64,000 bases of DNA. Source: Octopus sinensis. Its lineage: Eukaryota. Both the position numbers and the translations under genes were made by a program. The stretch spans positions 90,272,001 to 90,336,000 of the forward strand of contig NC_043006.1 of assembly GCF_006345805.1 (NCBI RefSeq), given 5' to 3'. Below, piece after piece: positions 50,675-61,900 of the stretch. The number at the start of each line of letters is the position of its first letter. Position 1 is the stretch's first letter. The notes below the pieces were generated by a model that did no database searches, had not been told where the DNA came from, and saw nothing but the letters and a program-made list of their open reading frames with translations.

Positions 50675-51088
50675 TATTAGGGAATAAATCCAAACTTACA
50701 GGGAAAAATCAGATTTAGGATTGAATCCAATTTTATAGTAAAATATTATATTATATTAAATTAGAGACAAAACCACTATTAGGCAAATCAAACAATGAAA
50801 AACTTAAGCCAATACATAAGATTATTTAATTTATATTATTTAAATATAAAACAAAATTATTAAAAAAATATAATTAATATCACACTACGATCGTTTCATG
50901 CCAACATCTTCAAATTTTTGAGTCGCAGTCATTCATCAGGTGGTTTAAATATTTATCTTGGCGAGGTTTAAACAAAATATATTTAAATATAAAACATTAT
51001 TATAAACAATATAAATTAAATAATCTTATGTATTGGCTTAAGTTTTTCATTGTTTGATTTGCCTAATAGTGGTTTTGTCTCTAATTTA

Positions 51089-51095
<7 letters not shown>
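50675..51095 (-). mobile_element. ~420-bp non-coding PLE-derived mini-element with inverted arms and a central HHR
   Basis: ~50753-50837 is the reverse complement of ~51008-51095; flanked on both sides by (TA)n. A related tail lies at ~42460-42535. Confidence 0.7.
50883..50942 (-). ncRNA. Type I hammerhead ribozyme motif, intact core
   Basis: CAC-CTGATGA-ATG-(29 nt)-CAT-GAAAC-GATC-GTA-GTG; same CGATCG palindrome as the Naiad HHR. Confidence 0.7.
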
Positions 51096-51134
<39 letters not shown>

Positions 51135-51145
51135 TGTGCATATAA

Positions 51146-53919
51146 ACTTAGATATGTTTTGACCAAAGATTGGTCCAGGCCATGTCTAACTTAATAGCAC
51201 CACCTGATAGGATTATTTGAATCCTGTTTAAGTCAAGTTTTGTTTATGGTCCATTCAAGTAGTGAGTTTTTGTTGGGTGAGTTGTATCCAATTATAGGTG
51301 GCTTATCTGGTATTCCTTGAAGGAATCTATCCAAACTCCGTTTAAAGTTGATGGGATCCTTTTCCTCTTTGATCTCTTTCGGGACAATGTTAAATAGGGC
51401 AGGGCCTGTTGAGGAAAAGAAATTATGTTGCAGTGTACATGTATGCAGTGATCTGGAATTGGGCAGGGGACGTATGGCCCGTGGTCCCAGTCTTGGATGA
51501 ACCTTGAAGCTAATGTTCAGGTCGTTTGGGCAAAGTTGGCGGTATATTCTCCACATCATACAAATGATGTACCACTCATGGCGACGCTGGAAAGAGTAGA
51601 GTCTCAAGGCTTTAAAACGGTCCCAATAATCGAAAGCAGCCATGCCTTCAATTCGTTTAGTGAGTGCCCTCTAGTGTGATTCAATCCTCGAGATGTTTTG
51701 TCTTGTATGGGGAGACCACAGTGGGCAGCAGTATTCGAGGTGTGGCCGTACAAAGGAGGAGAAAAGTGGTATGATGACACCTTGTTCTCTGGACCGGAAA
51801 GTTCTTAAGATCCAGGAACTCATCCTATGAGCTATATCGACTTTCTTGTTGATGTGTGCACTCCAACTGAGATCGTCATCAACAATTACACCCAGGTCTC
51901 TGATATTGTTAGAGGCTGTGAGCGGTTCCCCTGAAGGAAGAGAGTATGGCTGTTTTAGTGAGGAATTTCTTCCAAAATGCATCAGCTCAAATTTTCCCTT
52001 GTTCAGTTGCATTTTGTTTCTGTCTGCCCATTGACTCACAGCATATAGATCAGACTGGAGTTGAGTTCAGTCTGCTTCTTCATTGACGACTTGCTGGAGC
52101 TTAGTGTCATCAGCAAATATTTTCACTTTGCAGTAATGTACGACACTGGAAAGGTCGTTTATGTAAATTATGAAGAGTAGCGGACCCAAGACAGTCCCCT
52201 GGGGTACACTGCTGGTGACTTTTGCTGGGCTTGAGTGGACTCCGTCAACTACAACATGTTGTGTTCTATTCACCAGGAAATACTTGATCCAGTGTAGAAC
52301 TTTTCCACGGATTCCAACATTTGCCAATTTTGAGAGTAGGATATTATGGTCTACCCTGTCGAACGCATTACTGAAGTCAAGATATATGACATCAGAGTTC
52401 GAACCTGTTCCCAAGGCTTTGAGTACATCTTCAATATGGTGTAAGAGCTGTGTTAGACAGTCCCTGCCACAGCGAAAGCCATGCTGATTTGCATTTAGGA
52501 GTTTGTGGGTCTCCAGGAAGTCAGCTCTCCTTGATCTTAACACTCTTTCAAACACTTTAATGATGTGGGAGGTGAGTGAGATTGGGCGATAGTTGAGTGT
52601 GAGGGATCTGTTTCCCTGTTTGAAAACCGGGATGACTGACTGGGATAGAAACTGTTTCGGTGTATAACCTGCGTCTAACGAATTTCTCCAGAGGTTGGTC
52701 AGAGGGACTGCAAGTTGGTGTCTACATTCCTTCAGGAGACTAGCGGGGAATCTATCAGGGCCTACAGCAGAGTAGTGTTTGACCTCATTTATTGCTGCTA
52801 TGATGTCAGTTGCAGTGAAGGTTATGTCAGAGATTTTATGTTGGGAGTCAACTTCATTTGCTTCTCTTACGTTAATATCAGTGGAAACACTAAAGACAGA
52901 GCAGTATTGTTTCTGCAGTATTTCTGCCATTTCTTTAGCATCGTGTTGGGAAATGCCGTTATCATCAATCAATGGCCCAATAGGTGAGGCAGTGGTTCTA
53001 TGCTTATTTGCATAAGAATAGAACACTTTTGGGTTCTGTTTGATGTTTTTGATTACCCACTGTTCCTCCACAGCTCTTTGATTTTCAATGGAGGTTTTCA
53101 TGTCAGTCTGCAGATTAAGTTTTTCCAGCTCTAGTCTTTTCATTGTTGTTGAATGTGGATGTTGTGTGTGGGAATATTTTAACTGATTGATTTTTTTGTT
53201 GAGTCTTTTGATGCGCCTGATGAGTGTTTTTTTCTTTTTAGGGAGCCGGTTTCTGTTTGTGTTAGTAGATTTCGTGGGAGCGTGTTTAGAGCATGTATAG
53301 GTGACAATGTTTTCAAAGTGCTGCCATGCGGTCTCAATATGGGTGGAATTGAGAGTAAAAGACCAGTCGATGAAAGACAGATCCTTTCTGATTGCTCCCC
53401 AGTCCGCTTTGTGGAAGTTTATGTTGTCAAATGAGTGCCATGGAGTGGGATTGGCTGGTTTGGTTTTTATATGTCGGGAATTAAAATTGCAGAGTACCAT
53501 GTCGTGGTCTGAGAGGAGAGTTTTTTCAACTGAAATACTGTGAACGAAGCTAGAGTGATTGGTCAATACCAGATCCAAGATCGTTTTATTCTGTCTCGTT
53601 GGTTCAAGCACTAGTTGAGTCAGGAAGTATTCATCCATTAGATTAAAGAGCGGTTCTGCTGCTGCTCTATCTGATGTAGAGCATTTGCCTAACTTCAGAG
53701 TATGTGTGGGCCAGTTCACATGAGGGAGGTTAAAATCACCCATCACTAGTATGTTTCCGGAGTTGTACTTTGAAGACTTTGCTAAGGCACTCTTCAAAAC
53801 ACTTTAGAGGTGCTTGGGGAGGCCTGTAAAGACCAACAATGATTATGTCCTTGGCCTTGTTGAATAGTGATACAGATTCACAATAGCCATTGGAAAATAT
53901 GTCCTTGGCATCTAAAAAC
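51146..53919 (-). mobile_element. CR1-clade LINE, 5'-truncated within APE, nearly intact ORF2
   Basis: GLYRPP, MGDFNLP, LDLVLT, SDH, NYRPISLTS, NQHGFR, YLDFSNAFDRVDH, VPQGTVLGPLLFIIYIND, FADDTK, RDLGV and RPHLEYC. The three ORFs join in one frame across single TGA (52067) and TAG (51671) stops, with one frameshift near 53775. Confidence 0.95.
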
Positions 53920-53952
<33 letters not shown>

Positions 53953-53967
53953 TATATATATATATAT

Positions 53968-54001
<34 letters not shown>

Positions 54002-54008
<7 letters not shown>

Positions 54009-54187
54009 TAGTTATCGCCATATTCGGGTGTCATATTGCTAGCTAGAGGCGGTGGCCTCTTGGAGCTAATCAGCGACAGCTTTTAGTCTTATATTTATAG
54101 ACTGCCATATTAGTATGGCGATAACTATTAATATCCAGTAACGCTGCCGTAATCTCCTTTAGAGAGACTTAGTAATTTTAATATTTC

Positions 54188-54190
<3 letters not shown>
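54002..54190. repeat. Short unit with perfect 21-bp inverted arms between (TA)n tracts
   Basis: ATATTAATAGTTATCGCCATA (54002-54022) and TATGGCGATAACTATTAATAT (54114-54134). Confidence 0.8.
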
Positions 54191-54232
<42 letters not shown>

Positions 54233-54243
54233 TACGCACACGT

Positions 54244-54286
<43 letters not shown>

Positions 54287-55019
54287 CACATGATCGAGCA
54301 GACTATCGGATATTGTTATACATCGCTGGTCACAATGCACTTTTGAATCATTGTAGCTTTTGAATAATGCTACACACTCAGAGTAAGACATATTCAAACA
54401 CATAAACATGCATATATATAGGCAGAGACCATGCCAGGAAGGAAAATGGATGTAAAATAATGATGATGAAGATGACACATACAAATGGAAATGTACATTT
54501 ATATACACACACACATATTTTCATATAAATATATTTGTAAAAAAACTAAATACCAACATTAATCACAGAACCAGCAAGAAGAGAGACGTATAAACGATGA
54601 TTAACGATGATGATGACTATGATAGCGGTGATGGTGGTGATGATACTCAGACTCAATGTTCCCATAAATCTACTTAATTACTCACACATACATATCTGTA
54701 AATATAGTTATTTCTAGATTTTAGTTTTTTAATTATGTTCAGAATGTAATGAGCTCCATATTCATCTTAATTAACCGAACATGTAATACGAATAATATTC
54801 CAAATATTTTCATCACTAATGAGAGCAAATGAGCCACATAGGGTGAGCCAACGAAGGGGCTTCAGCATGGTCATTTGACATGCAAGAAGTAACAACAAAA
54901 TCTCCCTCAAATCACACCCGACTAGATAATCCACAAAGGGAGAACACAAAGGTTGATATTGAAGGCTTCCATTAAAAGCACGGGCACACACGCATGCACA
55001 CACGCACACACATAAACAT

Positions 55020-55235
55020 CATCATCATCATTGTTTAACGTCTGTTTTCCATGCTAGCATGGGTTGGATGGTTTAACCAGGGTCTGGGAAGCCAGGAGGC
55101 TGCAATAGGCTCCAGTCTGATCTGGCAGTGTTTCTACAGCTGGATGCCCTTCCTAATGCCAACCACTCCATGAGTGTAGTGGGTGCTTTTTACATGCCAC
55201 TGGCACGGAAGCCAGTCAAGGTGGCGCTGGCATCG
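55020..55235 (-). mobile_element. RTE-associated 3' tail repeat
   Basis: Same motifs as 12397-12560. Confidence 0.8.
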
Positions 55236-55249
55236 TACATACAAATCTG

Positions 55250-55500
55250 CACATTGCAGACAAGCAGCTTTATTGAAGCATATAACACTGGACCTGATGA
55301 AGACCTCACAATGATGAAGAAAAAGAGGCTGAGAGGGGATGGCCACATGACAAGCTCCAATGATTGGTGAAGATCATTCTTTAACAAAATTGCTGTGGGT
55401 AAAGAAGAAGAAGCAGGAAAAGAGGAAGCTTGACAGATAATTTCAAGAAATGGAAGGACAAAGCAATCAAACGGAGAGGACAGGCATTGCAATATGTCTG
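55250..55500 (+). mobile_element. Degraded RTE LINE C-terminal fragment
   Basis: MMKKKRLRGDGHMTSSN / KIIL...RRRSRK...DNFKKW resembles the RTE KRKLRWYGH...GKRRRGR motif. Confidence 0.45.
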
Positions 55501-57899
55501 GTGATGGGGAAATTGCCAGGAATGAAATTCACTGAGGGGGATTTTTTATGGCTGAATATTTCATTACCAACCCTTACATTTTTCCAAGCAAAGTAATATT
55601 TCACCAAATTTTTTGATACACAAACAGCACAATTGGTAGACATGTTTTTATGAAGGACTGGAAGAGAACAACACCTCTTGTATTGGGGTGAATTCTGTTT
55701 ACAATTAGAGTGCAATGTCAATACAAACTGATACACACACGAACACACACATGTATGTATGAATGTATGTACCTACATATGTGTGTGTATGTATACACAC
55801 ACACACACATATATATATATATGAGTACACAATGAGCTTTTCCCTAGAGAACTCACAAATCATTGGTCAGCCCAGGACTAACCAATGGAGACAACTGGTG
55901 AAGGTGCCAAGCAGTGGAACTGAACCTGACATCACATAGCTGTGAAATAAACTCCTTTGCTACACATCTATGTGAATATCTAAAGGATCTTTGTCTAACT
56001 TTTATCGTTCCACTCACTTCTCCTGCAACAAGCTAGGATCAGTCTTGATACAACCACTTCATAAGAAACGTCTTGAGAACAAAGTGAGAAAAATCCTCTC
56101 CAGTCAACACACGTAATCAGTTCTTTGGCCTTCTGTACACACACATGCATATGCACTTTCACCAAAGTGCCCATATAATCAATAAATTCTCCCTCTAGCA
56201 GTAATTGTGTTACCAAGGTAACAATGCTTTCTATGGTCTCCATATCTCTTTGGACAAGACAAGGCCTAACTAACTCAATTGGGGACACCATTAGCTTTAC
56301 GAAATTCAGATTTCATCCAACAATATATGGCATGGAAATAATTAAAGAAATAAACCCAACAGAAACTGTGTTATGCACATCTTTTGATAATATTGATGAT
56401 GATGGCGAGGATGGTGGTGGTGGCTGTGATGATTCCTTAAAGTAGCAGACAACCAAAGCATTTGTTGGAGAGAGAATTAGACAATTAAAACAGCTTCACT
56501 GCATGACAGATATTTCTTTAATTGACCCCTGTGAAAAGAAAAAAGCTAAGGGGGCCAGTTGTCAAGTGGTGGTGGGGAACAAACATAGACCCAAAGACAC
56601 ACACACATGTATATAATATATATATATGACAGGCTTCTCTCAGTTTCTGTCAACCAAACCCACTCACAAAGCTTTAGTCAACCTGGGGCTATAGTGGAAC
56701 ACTCTTGCCCAAGGTGCCACACAGTGGGACTGAACCTGGAACCATGTAGTTAGAAACAAGGTACTCCAACTCATGTGTCGGTGGCATGACTGAAAACCCA
56801 CCATGCTCCGTTTGTGGTTCAGTAAGGAATGAGACAACATTTGTAGTGCTGATGCCATGAAACAAGAAAAAATGCACCCCTGTCCATATTACAAAAGGGT
56901 TGGCAAATGAGCTGAAAAGGGGTCAAGTAGGGAGGTGTCTTTAGTTCAGTCTCATCAAGGACTAATTGAAGAGGTTGGTGATAGGAAACGTATGAGCACC
57001 AGTCTATGAGAATGGGTACTCTCCAAGAAATGAATTGAACCATGGTGGGCGTGGGAAAAGCTGATGTAAAGTGGTGGTGAGAGATGGTGGGGGGTGAGGG
57101 ATGTGGTGATGGCAATGATGATGACAATGATGGTGATTCCTCTAGGCTACTCAATGAAGGTGTTACCTGAGGTAAGGTAAAAAAAACTCATATGCAATGA
57201 TGCGAAAATTAATTTCTTTTTTGACTGAGAAGTTCAGCATCTTTCCATCATTTGCAAATAAATATACACAGAGATGATGTTAGCAGAACAGCAGAAGAAG
57301 ATTATGAAACTGTGAAGGTTAAAGGAAAGAGAGACAAGCAAAACTCATCCAGAAGGAAAGCTTTAATAGATTCACTTGAGTACTAACGCTGGAATAATTA
57401 AAGTAGCTGGCATATAATAAAGGAAGACTTACAAGTTCGTTAAGGACTGAGAGGAAAATAAAACACAGTAGAAACATTTGAAAAAGAGAAATAAATAAAA
57501 CCAGCTATTTCTTTAGAGTTGACAACGAATAAATGAAAGAAACAAAAGAAAAAAAATGATAAGGAATAAATGAAAGAACGAATGAAAGAAAATCAATGTA
57601 ACATAGTTAATGAGGATGAAGGTAAATTCAGGAAGAGAAGAAAGAAATTGCTCAAGGTAGGAACATCAGGTAAAGCTGGAAATACTAAGGAAGTGAAGAA
57701 TAGCTTCGAAACTGTAATGTTGCAAAAGAATTACAAAAAGACAATTTGTTCTCACTTTCTATCTGTCCATCGTGTGTGTGTGTATGTGTGTGTGAGTGTG
57801 AGCGCATGTGCACACATTTGTGAGAGTGTGTGTGTGTGTGTTGTCAGTCTCAACAAGCCTGATGAGATGAATTTATCTAACAAGCCGATGAAATTTTAA

Positions 57900-58970
57900 G
57901 TTTCATGGAGCTGAGGCAAACTGTTTTAAATAATGTGTTGGGTGCCTACTGCTTTCATTTGGCCACTCACTTGTAATGGTGTAGTAATGTCCAGTTACTC
58001 TCAATGCCAAAGTTGGTGCCAACCCCTCCATGATCTTCCATTTGTATGTCACTGCATATCTCTCTCCTTTCCACTCCAGGGAGTAGAATTGTAGCCCTTT
58101 CAGTCACTCCCGGTAACTCAGCTGTTTCACCACTGAACTGCCTCAAGTTCCACTATTAATTTGATACTATGGGGTGACCACAGTTCAAAGCATTTGTGCA
58201 AAATGACCAACAACAAATGTCCTCCATAGAATCAGCATAGTTTACTGAAACCTTGTTCTGAAAATTCTCAGAATCCATCTGGCCATTCGCCTGCACATTG
58301 CCACTACCTTGTAGATATGCATATGAAATTAGGCTTGTTGCTTACATCAATTTCCAGATTCTGTACTGTACTTGACTTCAGGACTGTCACTCCTTTTGTA
58401 TATTCGTTACAGTACGGTAGCACAGGTTAGCTGAAAGCAGAGAGAATTTTCCTGCATTAAATTGCATGTTGTTTTCTTTTTCCCATATACACACATATAT
58501 ATAGCATCTTGGTCTTTCTGTAGAAGATAAGCAATGAGAGATTCCTTGACTGCTTGTACTACTTTTGTGTAGTTGGCATAGCTTATAAGTGTGGCTGTCT
58601 GTGTAACTGATGGAATGTCTGAAAGGGCTGTCATAAACAGCAGTGGCCCTGAGGCACTGCACTTGCTATTACTGTCTCCTTGGAAAGGACCCCATTGGCT
58701 GCCACAACTTGGCTTCTGTCTTTTTAGAAGTCATGTAATCACTCTCTCAGTTTTCCAACTAGGCTGAATCTCTGTAGCATGACATATCATCCCATGTTCA
58801 ACCTTATCAAAGGACTTTGCAAAGTAAATATATTTCACATCCATGTTTGAGTGATTTATTAATTGCTTCAACACCCGGTCATAATGCTGCAAATGCTTTG
58901 TAGGGCAGCTTCTTCCAGAGCAGAAGCCATGCTGGGTGTCAGGGACCAACTCATTATTTACCAGGAACAT
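57900..58970 (-). mobile_element. Old CR1-clade LINE RT fragment
   Basis: QHGFCSGRSC, YFAKSFDKVEHG, SAVPQG, ISYANYTK, MQFNAGKF and LWSPHSIKLI.ELEAVQ. Confidence 0.8.
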
Positions 58971-58979
58971 ATGAGCAAG

Positions 58980-59455
58980 TTACGTGACTCCAGCATTGGC
59001 CACGACTATAAGTCTTCCCAAGTATTAGTGTATTGTCAAATTTCTCAGTTACTTGTCTTTGCCTCTGTGAGGTCCAACATTCAAAAATCATGCTTCACCA
59101 CCTCGTCCCATGTCTTCCTGGCTCTACCTCTTCCACAATTTCCCTCCACAGTTAGAAATCAGCAATTCTTCACATAATTGTGCTCATACATAAGCATCAC
59201 ATGACCATACCGACATAGCCGCATCTCTTGCACACCACATCTGATGCCTCTTATGCACAAATTTTCTCTCAAGATGCACACACTTTGTCGTACATGGACA
59301 CTGACACTGCACATCCAGTGAAGCATACTGGCTTCATTTCTTTTAAGCCTTTGCATATCCTCAGCAGTCACAGCTCGTGTTTCACTGTTGTGTAGCATAG
59401 CTGTTTACAAATAAGCATCATACAATCTGTGTTTCACTCTGAGCAAGAGGCCCAT
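58980..59455 (-). mobile_element. RTE LINE fragment (same family as 21995-23330)
   Basis: MLHNSETRAVTAEDMQRLKRNEASMLHWMC...RLCRYGHV...GRGRARKTWDEV. Confidence 0.85.
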
Positions 59456-60829
59456 ATGTGTGTGTGTGTGTCTATGTGAGACATGCTTCTTCAGTTTCTG
59501 TCTACCAGCTTGACTAACAAAGCTATTGGTGAACCAGTGTATAGTATAGATTGCTAACTAACAGTTTTATACAATGGGCCCAACACACTGACCATGTGGT
59601 TGAGAAGTGAACTCTGTATCCATACAGCTGTATTTGCAACTATTATATATATATGTGTGTGGGTGTCTATATATATATATATGCAGACACATACAAACGT
59701 GTGTTTGGGTTTGTGTATAAACACAGATACATGTTTACATAAAAAAAATTCATCCATGCATATTTTTCATTCATATACTAACACAATCTTGTAATATATA
59801 TATTTTTTTACAATACCCCCACCCCTCCACCAAGCACCCTTTTTTGCACTTGTTCCCACAACACCCACCACCCCCTCCAACCTTTCATGCCCACCAAAAA
59901 GTGATTTCATTCTAAACCAATTTTAATAAAAAATGTGAGTAGAATGCTTGAAAATAGTTTTCTTTTGTTAACCTCGCTTCCACCACCACCCACACCTCGC
60001 ACTCCACTCGCACGCCCCTCCCCCTCCGCCACCTCCACCACCATCACGAAACCAAACTCATTCATGCATAAACATGATTACAATTATTTGCACTTTATGT
60101 CACAATTAACTGCTCTCCTCTGCTGGCTGAGTTTCTCAGTTTCTTTATTTTATTTTACAAACTTTCTTTTCCCATTTCTATTTAAATTGATTTTCACTAT
60201 TATTATTATCAACATTATTATTGTTATGATGATTATTATTATTGTCGTTATTTCAATCCTTTGTATCGGGAGTGGGGTATTCATTTCATTTTCTTTTCTT
60301 TTATTGGGGGAGGCAAAAACATTCTTTTGTATTCTGAAAGCAACATGTCTACATATTGTAATTTCAAAATGTTTCTTTATTTCAGGAATTAATGAAATGC
60401 ATTTTGCTGGTGGTGACAGCTGGATGCTCTTTTGTCAGCATTCTCTGCTTCTGATTACCACAAGTTTATGAACGAATCATTTCAGATATGTTAAATACTT
60501 CAGCATTACACGGAGTAATTGAATCCCTATATTAGTACACACACACACACACACACACACAGATTTTGCTTTTGTAACTGACTAAATCCTGTATTTGTGT
60601 GCGTGTGTGACTTAATATATTTATGTGTGCCCCTGCCTTCAAACAACCTGTTATTGCTATGCTGCAAATATAACACTCAACATTTATATTCTCATCTGGG
60701 ACAACTAAGGAAATTGTTGACATACAAGTGGACAACACTTACACACACACACACACTGAAAACAAATAAAATGTGTATAATTATTTTTTCTGGTTATTTT
60801 CTTTTTCCAGAATTCTTTGTATCTTTTAT

Positions 60830-61036
60830 TCTTTTACTTGTTTCAGTCATTGGACTGTGGCCACGTTGGGGCAATACCTCAAACGTTTTAGTTGAACAAT
60901 TAGACTCAGCATTTATTTTTTAAACCCTGGTACTTATTCTATTGGTCTCTTTTGCTGAACTACTAAGTTATAGGGATGTAAACAAACCAACATCAGTTAT
61001 CAAGCTATGGTGGGGACAAACATTAATGCAAAGACA

Positions 61037-61068
<32 letters not shown>

Positions 61069-61250
61069 CGCACACACACACACAATAAGCTTCTTTCAGT
61101 TTTCATCAATGAAACTCACTCACAAGGTTTTGTTTAGCCCAGGGTTACACCAGAAGACAATTGCTCAAAGTGTCACACAGTCCCACAATGTGGTACCTAG
61201 GAGAAGACCAGAAAACAAGGATACGTCTGCCATTCGACTGCTAACCAATG
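60830..61250 (-). mobile_element. Degenerate SINE (42541 family)
   Basis: Reverse complement of gactgaaac...ccagcatggcc...aataagtac. Confidence 0.7.
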
Positions 61251-61689
61251 AGCCACAGGTTCAAACCTGCAGCAAGGCTCTTGTGCTGTTGTTTAACCCT
61301 GAGACCTAACAGAGCAGACATGGTTATCTCTATTTCCATATCTAAAGGAAAGTGAAGAGAAAGACAGGAGTACTGTCACACCACTCATTTGATTAAAGAT
61401 GGATGTGAGTGGTAAATATGGCCCAAGTGAGTGAACCAACTCTGTGCAAGCAGCTGTAGAGTGAAGGAGAATAAAAGAGAGAAGTCTTAATGGTGAGGAG
61501 AAGTGTTTGTGGGTGGTTGGTTGGAGGGGTGGTCATGAGGAGCTCTTTGAAGCCTCCCTCTGAAATGGAATTATTCAATGCTAAAATTGTTACCCTTATT
61601 TTTCGGTTTACCTTCTCTTTCATGTCGTTCCACATTGCATTGTCCTCTACTATCCTCAATCTTTTGCAAATACTTTGTGGTTAATCAAG

Positions 61690-61900
61690 AAAACATAGTG
61701 CTGTCCCACTGGCTCCCATGCCAGTGACACATAAAAAGCACCCACTACACTCTCAGAGTGGTTGGTGTTAGAACGGGCACCTAGCTGTGGAAATACTGCC
61801 AGATCAGATTGGAGCCTAGTGAGGCCTCCGAGCTTGCCAGTCCCCACTCAAACTGTTCAACCTATGCCAGCATGGAAAACAGACGTTAAACGATGACTAT
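61690..61900 (+). mobile_element. RTE-associated 3' tail repeat
   Basis: aaaagcacccactacactc...ccagcatggaaaacagacgttaaacgatga. Confidence 0.75.

Noticed and set aside
59935-60471. 178-aa hydrophobic ORF resembling a membrane protein
   Set aside because: It is built from a C-rich tract plus (ATT)n/T-rich low complexity and has no recognisable domain.
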